This document shows, piece by piece, positions 46,108-55,257 of a stretch of DNA of 57,985 nucleotides. The stretch is taken from the IMG/VR virus record IMGVR_UViG_3300010397_000011, positions 1-57,985 of that record. One strand, written 5' to 3'. Under the pieces are notes generated by a model, which worked only from the letters and a program-made list of their open reading frames with translations, ran no database searches and was not told where the DNA came from. The position numbers and the translations under genes are program-made. Position 1 is the first letter of the stretch. Each line of letters begins with the position of its first letter. This DNA comes from a virus (Duplodnaviria > Caudoviricetes).

Positions 46108-46490
46108 AGTTCCTCCTCGATCGTGTTGATGTAGGCGGGGATGTCCCGCCAGCCGTAGGCCGCCTGGCCGAGCAGCGCGGGCAGTCGGTCAGTGATGTCG
46201 TCCGGTCGGATGACGTGCGCCTCGATGCCCGACGCGGCCAGGTCGCGCAGCACAGCGCGTTGCGCGTTGCTCGGCTTGTCGGGTGGCACCTTCAGTTCCA
46301 ACGCGAGGATGCGGCCCGGCTGGCGTGGCGACCAGCACGGCGCGAGGTCGGGCCAGCCGAGCACGTTCGTCGCGGTCAGATGTTGGTAGTGGCCGTGGAC
46401 CTTGCCGAGGGTCGTGCGCACGTGGAGGTGTTGCCAGCCGAAGATGCCGAGCAACGCGACCACCTGCTCCTGCAACTCGGCGTGCGTCAC
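46104..46490 (-). CDS. VRR-NUC PD-(D/E)xK nuclease
   Basis: LQ..V, GWPDL, ELK and Q..VL..L motifs. Confidence 0.78.
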   Translation of the reverse strand: MTHAELQEQVVALLGIFGWQHLHVRTTLGKVHGHYQHLTATNVLGWPDLAPCWSPRQPGRILALELKVPPDKPSNAQRAVLRDLAASGIEAHVIRPDDITDRLPALLGQAAYGWRDIPAYINTIEEEL

Positions 46491-46681
46491 CAGCGATACA
46501 CCGTCTCGATGTCGAGGTTCGGGTTGACCACCTTGTCGGCCTCGGCCGCGCAGTCGATCTTGCGCGCGTACCCCTCGCCTGCACCCGCGACCTTCTTGCC
46601 GTTCGGCGCGACGAGCCGCCACGAGAACTGCTGCGAGGGCTTCTTCGAGCGGGTCCGGTAGAACTGCAACTCGTACGTCAC
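46487..46681 (-). CDS. DUF1508/YegP-like protein
   Basis: FSWRLVAPNGKKVA..GEGY...DC. Confidence 0.78.
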   Translation of the reverse strand: MTYELQFYRTRSKKPSQQFSWRLVAPNGKKVAGAGEGYARKIDCAAEADKVVNPNLDIETVYRW

Positions 46682-47100
46682 TGCTCGACTGCCTTCAGCG
46701 CGCGCTTCGACGTCTTCTTCGCCGGTGCCTTCGTCGGCTTCTTCGGCAACTTCGGTCGCGTGCCTTCGAGGGTGAGGATGCCCGCTGCGTCTTCCTTCGC
46801 CTGCTTGATCCGCTCGGCCTGCTCGTCGAGCATCGCCGCCACGAGGTCACGCTCCACCACGATCGCGGTGCCCGCCTTCAGTTTGTGAATGCGCGTCGCC
46901 GCGTCGGGCATGTCGCCATCCCCGAACGTCACATCAGTCACCACACAGTCGAGGACCAGGACCAGCCGCTCGTGCCGCTTATACGCGACCGGCTCGATCT
47001 TCATCGCCTGCGACAGACCGTCGCCCGCGTTCGTCACCTTCACCGTCGAGGTCGTGACCTTCGACCCCTCGAACTCACCGAGGTTCGCCATCTTCACCAT
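46678..47100 (-). CDS. Hypothetical protein with Lys-rich tail
   Basis: FEG..V...VTNAGDGLS.AM.IEP. Confidence 0.62.
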   Translation of the reverse strand: MVKMANLGEFEGSKVTTSTVKVTNAGDGLSQAMKIEPVAYKRHERLVLVLDCVVTDVTFGDGDMPDAATRIHKLKAGTAIVVERDLVAAMLDEQAERIKQAKEDAAGILTLEGTRPKLPKKPTKAPAKKTSKRALKAVEQ

Positions 47101-47419
47101 GTCGCTCCTTCTTCAGCAGACCGACCACGTCGGCCAGCAGCGGGTTCCCGTGCGCCCACTCGTGATGTGCACGGCACACCATGCGGACGTTCTCGGGATC
47201 GAGGTGCCCGCCCGGCCGTCGACCGCGGGGCACGATCTCATGGGGGTCCAGAGGACCGAAGCAGTGGAGCATCGGGAGCACCTCGTGGCCGTAGCACACG
47301 GCACCGTCACGCTCGATCACCTGCGCTACGACTTTACGCCGCTGCGCGACCTGGCTGCGTGCCTTCACCGACTGCTGTCGCAGCGGGGTCTTCCGCTTGA
47401 GCGGACCGCCCCGCTTCAC
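47075..47419 (-). CDS. HNH endonuclease
   Basis: ERDG..C, DPHE..PR.R, N...VCRAHH..H. Confidence 0.78.
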   Translation of the reverse strand: MKRGGPLKRKTPLRQQSVKARSQVAQRRKVVAQVIERDGAVCYGHEVLPMLHCFGPLDPHEIVPRGRRPGGHLDPENVRMVCRAHHEWAHGNPLLADVVGLLKKERHGEDGEPR

Positions 47420-47739
47420 TCGGTGTCCTTGTAGGGCATCGAAGTCGTGACGGGCACGGCACGCTTCCGCCGGCGCACGAAGGACGGGAACCTCGTCGAG
47501 CACTCGGCGCACTCGGCCTCGTCGTGGTCCCGCTCGTAGTGCCCGCCAGCCCACCGGCCGAACCGTCTGCTGTTGTGGAACTTGCACGGGTACACGCTGT
47601 TGCGGAGCCCAGCCGCGCGCACCTCGTCGTCGGGGTTCTTCACGTGAGCACGGACGTACCCCTCGAGTACGAAGATCCAGCCGGTGCCTCCGCACCTGCA
47701 CTCGGATGGCTTCGGCGGGTCGTCGAGTTCGTCGGTCAT
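47416..47739 (-). CDS. Zn-binding hypothetical protein
   Basis: CRCGGTGW, YPC..H and CAEC motifs. Confidence 0.55.
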   Translation of the reverse strand: MTDELDDPPKPSECRCGGTGWIFVLEGYVRAHVKNPDDEVRAAGLRNSVYPCKFHNSRRFGRWAGGHYERDHDEAECAECSTRFPSFVRRRKRAVPVTTSMPYKDTE

Positions 47740-48023
47740 CGGCCCTCGATCCACATCGCCCACGTCTCTTTCCATCGGTTCGGGTTCTTCACCTCGTGCT
47801 GCTTGCGCTCCGGCTCGATCACCCTCGTCATCTGCACGAGCGACACGAGGTCTTGCAGTTCGAAGTTCGGCGCACGTCGAGCTCTGTTCGTGATCGTGTT
47901 GCGGTTGTGGTCCTTGTCGCAGTCCCACGCCCACGCGATGAGGGCTCGTTGCTCGGCGTCGTCGCGGTCCTCGGTGATGCAGGCGAGTTGGATCACCAGC
48001 GCGAGTTCTTCGTTGCGGGTCAT
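47736..48023 (-). CDS. Hypothetical protein
   Basis: ATGA-coupled ORF. Confidence 0.5.
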   Translation of the reverse strand: MTRNEELALVIQLACITEDRDDAEQRALIAWAWDCDKDHNRNTITNRARRAPNFELQDLVSLVQMTRVIEPERKQHEVKNPNRWKETWAMWIEGR

Positions 48024-48682
48024 GGCTGCTTCCTCCTCCTGTCGGGTCCGTTCAACCTGATGCCCACAGCGTCCGAGCCCACGATCCGACTGAACATCCG
48101 TGCGCCCACCTCTGCGGCGAGGTCCTTCGATTCGAGGTTCGTCGTCACTACTGTCGGCCGTTCGTCGAGCCACCTCCGGTTGACCACGAGGTACAGCCGC
48201 TCGGCGGTCCAGTCGGTCGGCCGTTCCACACCGAGGTCGTCGATGATGAGCCGGTCGCACTCGCACAGATCGTCGAGCGCGTCCTCCGGTCCGCCTGGTC
48301 GGAGCCGGTCGAACATCTCCACCGCTGGCACGAACTCGACGGTGAGCCCACGCTCTGCCGCGGGTCGGCAGGCCGCGACCGCCAGGTGGGTCTTGCCGAC
48401 ACCGACCGCGCCGAACAGGACGAGGTTGCGGCCGCCCGCGTGGTCGGCCCACTCGGTCGCCATCGCGTGCACCCGCTCGTCGGTCGCGAAGTCGTCGAGC
48501 GAGGCCCGCACGAACCGTTGCGGGACCATCGCCGCCCACCGCGCCCGTGCCAGCCCGGCGAGGTCGCGGACCTGCATCGCGTCGGCCTCCTCGGGAAACA
48601 GGTCATCCGTGTCGTCGACGGTGCCGTACTTCTCGCGGATCCGTTCGAGGTGCTTCGAGAGTTTCGAGGGCTCGTCACTCAT
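48020..48682 (-). CDS. DnaC/IstB-like helicase-loader ATPase
   Basis: GAVGVGKTHLA, LIIDDLG, TTN and SRI motifs. Confidence 0.9.
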   Translation of the reverse strand: MSDEPSKLSKHLERIREKYGTVDDTDDLFPEEADAMQVRDLAGLARARWAAMVPQRFVRASLDDFATDERVHAMATEWADHAGGRNLVLFGAVGVGKTHLAVAACRPAAERGLTVEFVPAVEMFDRLRPGGPEDALDDLCECDRLIIDDLGVERPTDWTAERLYLVVNRRWLDERPTVVTTNLESKDLAAEVGARMFSRIVGSDAVGIRLNGPDRRRKQP

Positions 48683-48860
48683 CGTCGACGTCTACCCGTA
48701 GGACGATCCTGCGGTGCTGGACAACACCGCACTTCGGGCACGGCTCGAAGGCCGCCCACTCGCTGCGGTGCAGCCCCGGCTCAAAGGGTCCGGTGTCCTT
48801 CAGGACGGGTGAGTCGTCGAGGAAGACTGAGACCGTCGTCGTTCGATCAAACCCGTGCAT
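48675..48860 (-). CDS. Small hypothetical protein
   Basis: CPKC motif; translationally coupled. Confidence 0.45.
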   Translation of the reverse strand: MHGFDRTTTVSVFLDDSPVLKDTGPFEPGLHRSEWAAFEPCPKCGVVQHRRIVLRVDVDDE

Positions 48861-49072
48861 CACTTCTCCTTCCGATGGTCGGCCGCGTTCGGGCACGTAG
48901 CAAAGTGGGACGTGTAGCGGTCCAGGTTCTTCGCGTCGATCACGCTGACTGCCACACCGCGTTCAAGGACGAACCGCCCCTCGGGGTCGGGCTCAGCGTT
49001 CAGTGGCATCCGCGCTCCGGTCGTCGTGCGGCACCACAGCACCTCGGCCCCGCACGACCTGCACCGGCTCAC
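48860..49072 (-). CDS. Small Zn-finger protein
   Basis: CRSCGA...W..T..G.RMP...SHFATCP. Confidence 0.68.
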   Translation of the reverse strand: MSRCRSCGAEVLWCRTTTGARMPLNAEPDPEGRFVLERGVAVSVIDAKNLDRYTSHFATCPNAADHRKEK

Positions 49073-49785
49073 AGTTCAACCTTGCCCGCAGGCAGCGCGC
49101 GCTGCGCACTGTCATCGACCACCGGCTTGCCACGCTTGCCTGGCCCGCCGTTGAGCATGAAGTCGAACGCGTTCTGAGAGAAGACCTTCATCGTCGGGAG
49201 CACACGTCGCAGCTCCTCCTCGGTGTGCCCGGCATCGAGGCACTCGATGATCCGCGCGCGCATCGCCATGAACCCAGCGACTGGCTTCACCTTGCGGCGC
49301 TCCCACTCGTCGCGCGCGATCGAGTCTGCGAGCGCAGTGATGGGATCGGGTGCTGGCCCGTCAGCGGCGGCAGCCGCAAGGGGGATACCGGGTAGGGATG
49401 GGATAGATCGGGTTTTCCTCTTACTAAGAGGGGTGCCACTGTGGCGCCCCTGCCGTGCCGTGGTGGTGGGGGCTGGGGTGTCACCGTGGCACCCCTGCCC
49501 TGCCATCGCGTCGAGGCCCGGCAGGACGATCGCGTACGAAGACACCGTGCGCCCGGTCCCTCGTTCGGTCACGACGAGTTCGCCGAGGGCGACAAGGTCC
49601 GCGATCGCCCGTGTCACCTGCCGCTCGCTCACCAACGTCTTCGCCATCAGATGTGCGCGGCTCCGCTTGTAGTGGTCGACGAGCCCTTCGCTCGATGCCT
49701 CGTCGGCCAACGCGAGGAGCACGAGCCGGGCAGCCCCCGTTGCCCGGCTGTGCTTCCACACCGCTGTCGTCGCGTAGACGCTCAC
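49069..49785 (-). CDS. Replication initiator (N-terminal winged HTH)
   Basis: ARLVLLALADEA...SERQVTRAIADL..LG; upstream of the DnaC-like gene. Confidence 0.78.
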   Translation of the reverse strand: MSVYATTAVWKHSRATGAARLVLLALADEASSEGLVDHYKRSRAHLMAKTLVSERQVTRAIADLVALGELVVTERGTGRTVSSYAIVLPGLDAMAGQGCHGDTPAPTTTARQGRHSGTPLSKRKTRSIPSLPGIPLAAAAADGPAPDPITALADSIARDEWERRKVKPVAGFMAMRARIIECLDAGHTEEELRRVLPTMKVFSQNAFDFMLNGGPGKRGKPVVDDSAQRALPAGKVEL

Positions 49786-51152
49786 TCGCCCAGCACGTGA
49801 TTCGCGAGGCGGGTGATCCGCACGTCCACCGACCCGCCCACCGGCAGCCCGGCCTCTTTCAGCGCGGCCGTCAGGTCGACGGGAGGCAGGGCACGCAGGG
49901 TCTCGACGTACGCGGCGCGCACGTCCGCTGCGGTGTGCTCGGGCGTGGGCTCCCCCTCCTCGGATGGCCTCGGGGCAGGCTCCTCTTCGGGCGGGGCCTG
50001 GGGCTCGCTGGGGGGGCCGGGGTCCGGTTCGGGGCCAGGGGTAGGGCCTGCCTCGGTCGGCGGTTCCTGGGGCTCCTGGGCGGCCTCCCTGGGGGCACCT
50101 TGCGGGGCCGCCGCATCGTGCCACCGCGCGGCCTCCGTCAGCCCGCACACAGCGCAGGTGGTCGGCGCGTCCTCCTCGACGGGAGGCTCCGGCTTGAACG
50201 GGTGAGGATCGACACCCACCGTGCCGCTCAGCCACGACCACGCCGCGGCCAGACGATCCTCCACGAGGAACGACGGATGCCCGAACTCGTTGAGCCACGC
50301 CTGTTTCGCCGCGGCCCTCGCCTCACCCGGCACCGTGTTCAGCGCGTCGCGGATCAGGTCGGCGTCAGCCTGGCGGACCAGCACCTCGCCCGCTTCGAGC
50401 CACTGCTTGTAGATCGCCGCGAACTCGCCCTGATGGTCCGCCTTGAACGCCATGCCCGCGAGGGCCTGGCACCGCGTCTTGCCGATCGACATCACGTGGT
50501 CCTGGTCCATCATCACGACGACCTGGAACTCGTACTCCAGGTCGGCGCGTTGGATCGGGGCCATGCCCAACTTCACGACCTCTTGCTTCGTGCGGCCGTC
50601 CTTCACGACCTCGTTCACTTCGTAGGCTTGCTTCGCCCGCGTGCAGAAGATCATGTGCATCGGTGAGCGGAGGATCGCGTCGATCAAGTCCTGCTGCACC
50701 GGGCTCGCGACCTTCCACCCGCTGAACCGCTGATCCGCGATGTCGAGCGTCCCGCCGTCGCCCTGCCAGAAGTGGGAGCCGCTGTCGACGACGCACACCT
50801 CGTAGCCAGGCTCGCCGGGCCAGAACCCGTCGGCCGGGCACGGCAACGTCGCCAACTCCTTGATCGTCAACGTCAGGTCACGCGGGTCGTACGGCGCGGC
50901 CCACTCGATCACGTCGAAGCGGAACGCATCCGAGTAGTAGCTAGACGCGGTCTGTCCCGCGTCGCCGGGCTCCGTGTCGATGAACACGACCCGCTGGCCC
51001 AACTGCTCAGCCACACTCAGAGCCGTCCAGGTCTTCCCCGAACCGGACGGCCCTGAGAGGGCCAACCGCGCGGAGCCCTGCTTGCGGACTGCGCGGCGGG
51101 GTTGACGGGCACGGCTCGTCGCGGTGCCCGTCGTGGTGTCTTGATTCGGCAT
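49782..51152 (-). CDS. Sak4-like AAA ATPase/recombinase
   Basis: GPSGSGKTWTAL, IDTE, VVDSGSHFW, EYEF and KTR motifs; C-terminal SAP-like helix pair. Confidence 0.85.
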   Translation of the reverse strand: MPNQDTTTGTATSRARQPRRAVRKQGSARLALSGPSGSGKTWTALSVAEQLGQRVVFIDTEPGDAGQTASSYYSDAFRFDVIEWAAPYDPRDLTLTIKELATLPCPADGFWPGEPGYEVCVVDSGSHFWQGDGGTLDIADQRFSGWKVASPVQQDLIDAILRSPMHMIFCTRAKQAYEVNEVVKDGRTKQEVVKLGMAPIQRADLEYEFQVVVMMDQDHVMSIGKTRCQALAGMAFKADHQGEFAAIYKQWLEAGEVLVRQADADLIRDALNTVPGEARAAAKQAWLNEFGHPSFLVEDRLAAAWSWLSGTVGVDPHPFKPEPPVEEDAPTTCAVCGLTEAARWHDAAAPQGAPREAAQEPQEPPTEAGPTPGPEPDPGPPSEPQAPPEEEPAPRPSEEGEPTPEHTAADVRAAYVETLRALPPVDLTAALKEAGLPVGGSVDVRITRLANHVLGE

Positions 51153-51179
51153 GGTCTCTCCTATCGGTTGAGGTCGGTA

Positions 51180-51587
51180 CTACAGGGGGGTAACGGTAGG
51201 GCACACCGCGGGTGCAGTGTGCGTTCGCTGAAGTCGCTCGGGCAGGTGCAGCACCTGCCGTTCGGAGATAGGCGGGAGCATCACGTGCACACCGATCTTC
51301 CAGCCCTCGACGTCCACAAGGTTGAACTGGTCGAGCCGCTTCAGTGTGCGTTGCACGACGGCCTGCTTGCCCGTCCCGCCGTGCAAGCCCACCATCCGGC
51401 CGACCTCCTCGATGTCGACGGTGAGCCCATCGGGCTCGGCTGCCAGCCACTGCACGAACCGTCGGTACAGCCACACACACGACGGCCCGACGGTCGGCAG
51501 CCAGTAGGTCTCCACGTACGGGGAGAACGGCGCGATCACGTCGATCGCTCGGACGGGTAGCGCCTCGACCCAGCGGTCCTCACTCAT
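51180..51587 (-). CDS. RepA/DnaB-like winged-helix protein
   Basis: YVETYWLPTVGPS..WLYR...RTLKRL.QF. Confidence 0.5.
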   Translation of the reverse strand: MSEDRWVEALPVRAIDVIAPFSPYVETYWLPTVGPSCVWLYRRFVQWLAAEPDGLTVDIEEVGRMVGLHGGTGKQAVVQRTLKRLDQFNLVDVEGWKIGVHVMLPPISERQVLHLPERLQRTHTAPAVCPTVTPL

Positions 51588-51945
51588 CGGACGCCTCCGT
51601 CAAGAACGCACCGACGCGCAGTTCCGCGACGGGCACGTCACGGCCGGGAGGCACCAGCACGATCAGCCGCTCCGTGAGCGCGTTCAACGTGAGCATCCCG
51701 AGGAGCATCACCTGCTCGCCCGCTTGCATCACCGCCTCGTCGCCGGGCTGCGTGAGGCCCTCGTCAACGAGCGCCGCTTCGATCGCGCCGCCCAGGTCGG
51801 CCGCCGCGTTGCACACACTCAGACACGCGGACAACGCACCGATGACCCGGTCGGGATGCTCGCTCAGCACCTCGACGATGACGCCGGCGATGGCCTGCGC
51901 CGCTCGCTCGATGTTGTTCGTCGGCTCCATGAGGAAGTCGCTCAT
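51580..51945 (-). CDS. Hypothetical helical protein
   Basis: ATGA-coupled ORF. Confidence 0.5.
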   Translation of the reverse strand: MSDFLMEPTNNIERAAQAIAGVIVEVLSEHPDRVIGALSACLSVCNAAADLGGAIEAALVDEGLTQPGDEAVMQAGEQVMLLGMLTLNALTERLIVLVPPGRDVPVAELRVGAFLTEASDE

Positions 51946-52673
51946 CGGGTCACCACCGTCGCCTCGGTGTGCGGCGGGACAACCTCGACGCCAGGCACGA
52001 CGACGTGGCTCTTGCCGAGGTACGCGGTCCACTGCTCGTGCGCGATGACCTCCTGCTCCATCACCGCGCCCTCGACGCCACACATCCGGCAGAACCGGAC
52101 GTCGGGCTCCGTCGTGTCGAACGTGTCACCGCAGTCCATGTGGACCGTGTAGATCGCGGGGTCACGCTCGACGCGCACCGCGTCCTTCAGCGTGGAGACC
52201 AGCACGTCTTCCTTCTTGCGGATCAAGTCCTCACGCTTCATAAAGTGCAGGTGCTGGATCAGGGCCGGCTCGTCGGTGATCTTGATCGTCGGCTTGTGGC
52301 CGGTCGTCTTCACGTCACCGGACGGCAGGCGCAGGGTCTTCGCGTCGTCGTCGATGGCGCGCCTCGCCAACGCGTAGGTGCGGAGCTGCCCGTCGAAGTA
52401 GTTCGACGCGCGGGACAGGGGCTTCTCCTCGTGTTCGAGCCAGTCGACGATCTGCTGCATCCACGCGGCGGCCTGCGTGCGCACGCCCTCGCGCTTCAAC
52501 TCGATGCTGACCAGCATCCGCATCGCCCACTCGGCACCACGGTCATCGCTGATCTGCCACCGGCTCGGGAGGTCGGTGCCCACCTCGACGACCTCGTCAC
52601 GCATGATGTCGCCGAGGGATGGCGCGTCCATAGGCGCCGTGAAATGGGCAGGTAGGGGAAGGATCTCAGGCAT
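51942..52673 (-). CDS. Gam-like host-nuclease inhibitor (DNA end-binding)
   Basis: AEWAMR.L, coiled coil, KTLRLPSG.V and VVPGVEV motifs. Confidence 0.75.
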   Translation of the reverse strand: MPEILPLPAHFTAPMDAPSLGDIMRDEVVEVGTDLPSRWQISDDRGAEWAMRMLVSIELKREGVRTQAAAWMQQIVDWLEHEEKPLSRASNYFDGQLRTYALARRAIDDDAKTLRLPSGDVKTTGHKPTIKITDEPALIQHLHFMKREDLIRKKEDVLVSTLKDAVRVERDPAIYTVHMDCGDTFDTTEPDVRFCRMCGVEGAVMEQEVIAHEQWTAYLGKSHVVVPGVEVVPPHTEATVVTR

Positions 52674-52888
52674 GGTCTCTCCGTTCTTGCACCGCACCGC
52701 GCGGTGCTGCCGTAACCCTACCGCAGGGGTGTGACATACCCCGCTAAAGCAGACGCGAGGCGGCCCCGCTACCACGCACCCGAGAGACCATGCCTAGTCA
52801 ACCGAAGGTGCGTAGGAACGGGGCCACCCGTGAGGTGCCGCCCCGGCCAAGGGGAAGGCACGCCCACGGTACCGCACTGCGCGTGCTG

Positions 52889-53236
52889 CTACGGGCCAGG
52901 CGGACCGACGAGCGGTGGCTGCTTGTTCGAGTCGGTGTTGTCGATCGACTTCGTGAGTTTGTAGAACGTGCTCCCGAGCGACGCGATCGACAGGCCGACG
53001 ATGATCTTCGTCGCGGTGTCGGCGTGGTCGAGCGTCGTCTTGCCGATCGTGATCGTGTCGCCCAACTGCGACTCGCCGTAGAGGAACACGGCCACGAGCC
53101 CGGCGACCCACGCGACCAACTGCGTGATGGCCGAGTTGTAGTCGTGGTCGGGCGGCGTGAGGTTCTTCAGGAAGTCGACGAACGTGAGTGTCAGAGCGGC
53201 GAGGCCGACGACGCCCATGATTCCGGTGAGGTCCAT
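52889..53236 (-). CDS. Putative holin
   Basis: Three hydrophobic segments; follows the endolysin. Confidence 0.65.
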   Translation of the reverse strand: MDLTGIMGVVGLAALTLTFVDFLKNLTPPDHDYNSAITQLVAWVAGLVAVFLYGESQLGDTITIGKTTLDHADTATKIIVGLSIASLGSTFYKLTKSIDNTDSNKQPPLVGPPGP

Positions 53237-53261
53237 GACGGACGATTCCTTTCGCTGGGTG

Positions 53262-53951
53262 TTAGGTGATCGTGATCCCGAGGTGCGCGATGACCGCGTC
53301 CATCTTCTCCTCGAGTGAGAGGACGCGTCCGGCCACGAGGTCGGCGTGGTCGTCGCCGTAGAGCCCGATGTAGTTCGCGTCGATCTTCGCTCTGATGTCG
53401 AGCGCCTTGCCCGTCGTCTTGTCGATCCCGAAGTAGCCGTCGAGGGTCGCCTGAAGATGGTCGATCTTCGCTTCCTGAGCAGGGGTCATGTCGTCTCCTG
53501 TCCCGCCCGCGAGGACGGCACTGATGTGGGAGGTGGTCAGCGTGAGCGCAGACGCTCGGGTCAACTCGACGTGCATGTGATTCTGGTGAAGCTTCGCGAG
53601 TGACACCGACACCGTTCGCCAGCCCGTGTCGCACCGCCACTCGTCGGACTTGTAAAGGATGCGCTGCACGCCCAAGTCGACGTGGTGCCAGATCAGGTCT
53701 TCGCGCCACCGCTTGATCGCGACGTCTGCCGGTGAGCCGACAGGGATCGCGTTCGACGAGACGGGCATCGCGGTGATGTCGAGCGCGCGCCCTTCGGCGT
53801 GCGTCGAGTAGCCCGACACCTGGAGCCGCGGCGGACGGCAGTTGTAGATGCCGAGCCCGGCGAGCGCGTGGTCACGGAGGATGTAGTCGTACAGCGCCCT
53901 CGCGCCCGGCTGCTCGTGCGAGCATCCCGTCGCCTTCTCGTAGCAACTCAC
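53262..53951 (-). CDS. Endolysin, M15-like Zn peptidase
   Basis: GIYNCR, STHAEGRALD and HQNHMHVE motifs. Confidence 0.78.
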   Translation of the reverse strand: MSCYEKATGCSHEQPGARALYDYILRDHALAGLGIYNCRPPRLQVSGYSTHAEGRALDITAMPVSSNAIPVGSPADVAIKRWREDLIWHHVDLGVQRILYKSDEWRCDTGWRTVSVSLAKLHQNHMHVELTRASALTLTTSHISAVLAGGTGDDMTPAQEAKIDHLQATLDGYFGIDKTTGKALDIRAKIDANYIGLYGDDHADLVAGRVLSLEEKMDAVIAHLGITIT

Positions 53952-54715
53952 GCGAGCCTCCTCAACACGGCACAGAAGTCTGTCACGTGGTCCTCGGGCT
54001 GGGCCGTATGACCCGGCGACAGGTCGGCCAGCGTCACGGCGCTCACCGCCTCGCGTGCCTCGTCGAACGTGTGCGTGGCGCGGCGCGGCTGGTCGGGACC
54101 GCCCACGTCGACGAGCACGTACGGCACGCCCGACCAGCGGGCCTCCCACGACGACGCCCAGCCCGCGCTCGTCACCACGAGGTCCGCGCCGACCATGCGG
54201 CGAGCGACGAACGGGCCGTGCAGGCTCACCACCACGGCGTGCGACGGCGCCCACCGCGCGACCGCGTTCTCGATCACGTTCACACGGGTCGCGTTCGACA
54301 TGATCGCCACGACCGGCACGTCCTCGGGCACGTCGAACAGGGCACGCACATCGACCCGTCGAGGGAGCGCCTGCCACGTCCACGGGTGAAGCGGCATCGA
54401 GTCGAGGTCCCACTCGCCGGCACCGTGCATCCCGAGCGTGATGTACGGCCGCCCGTCCGCAGCTGCCAGCGGCGCCCAGCACGCGTCAGCGACGAGCACG
54501 TCGGCCTCGGTCCGCGCGAGGTGGTGCTCCATCGAGTCGTCACCGCAGCACCCGACATGCACGAACGGCACCCGCTCCGCGATCAGCACTTCGTTGTCCA
54601 CCTCGGATCGCTGGCCCAGCACCACGCCCTCGACGTCCGTCCCTGGTCCCAGCACCGCCAGCGCCCGCATCGCCGGGCCCCACGTCGGCGCCTCGCACAG
54701 CCACGCGACGCGCAT
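53948..54715 (-). CDS. GT-B glycosyltransferase-like protein (GT28/GT1-like)
   Basis: WGPAMRALA, DVLVAD, ADLVVTSAGWASSWEA..GVP and DQ..RA motifs. Confidence 0.65.
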   Translation of the reverse strand: MRVAWLCEAPTWGPAMRALAVLGPGTDVEGVVLGQRSEVDNEVLIAERVPFVHVGCCGDDSMEHHLARTEADVLVADACWAPLAAADGRPYITLGMHGAGEWDLDSMPLHPWTWQALPRRVDVRALFDVPEDVPVVAIMSNATRVNVIENAVARWAPSHAVVVSLHGPFVARRMVGADLVVTSAGWASSWEARWSGVPYVLVDVGGPDQPRRATHTFDEAREAVSAVTLADLSPGHTAQPEDHVTDFCAVLRRLA

Positions 54716-55257
54716 CACACACCCGTCCCGCCGATGGGCGGCGAGCAGCCCAGCGAACCCGACCGTGTGTAGAACACGTGCGCGAGGAGCGCGCCGCTCA
54801 GCCAGGTCAGCGTGCCGCCCGCGTGATTCGCCACCTCGAGTGTGACTGCCATGTCGGAGCCCATCGAGAAGTCGACAGCGACCATCGGCGCGACGCTCAC
54901 CCGGTCGCCAACCGCCGCGGCCTGGCTCCGCTCCGTGATGCGCGGGTCGTAGAACGTCCCGCCGACACTGATCCGCCCGCCGAAGAACAGATCGGTGTCG
55001 GCCGCGAGCATCGCCGCTGCCGTGCCCCACACGAGCACCCGGCCTCGCATCGCCCGCTTGATGTTGAACGTCAACGTGCCCGTCGCGCCGGGGGTCAGCG
55101 TCGAGGACCCCGACTTGAAGGCGCAGTACGTCATGCAGCACCCGTCCTGCACCGCTGCGTCGTCGTCGAGCCGCGACTTCCGCTCGAGTTCGTACAGCCG
55201 CTCGTTCTGCTTCGCCTGCTCCTTCACGTCAGACGGCATCCCGCGGTGGTCACTCAT
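54715..55257 (-). CDS. Minor tail protein
   Basis: ERLYELER N-terminal coil followed by a beta domain; after the tail hub gene. Confidence 0.6.
   Translation of the reverse strand: MSDHRGMPSDVKEQAKQNERLYELERKSRLDDDAAVQDGCCMTYCAFKSGSSTLTPGATGTLTFNIKRAMRGRVLVWGTAAAMLAADTDLFFGGRISVGGTFYDPRITERSQAAAVGDRVSVAPMVAVDFSMGSDMAVTLEVANHAGGTLTWLSGALLAHVFYTRSGSLGCSPPIGGTGV

Noticed and set aside
48020-48682. IstB of an IS21 element
   Set aside because: No IstA transposase or terminal inverted repeats; context is initiator plus loader
52790-53269. Plus-strand ORF beginning with GAGAGACCATGCC
   Set aside because: It has the start motif but runs antisense through the holin with a shadow-like Arg-rich sequence; left uncalled
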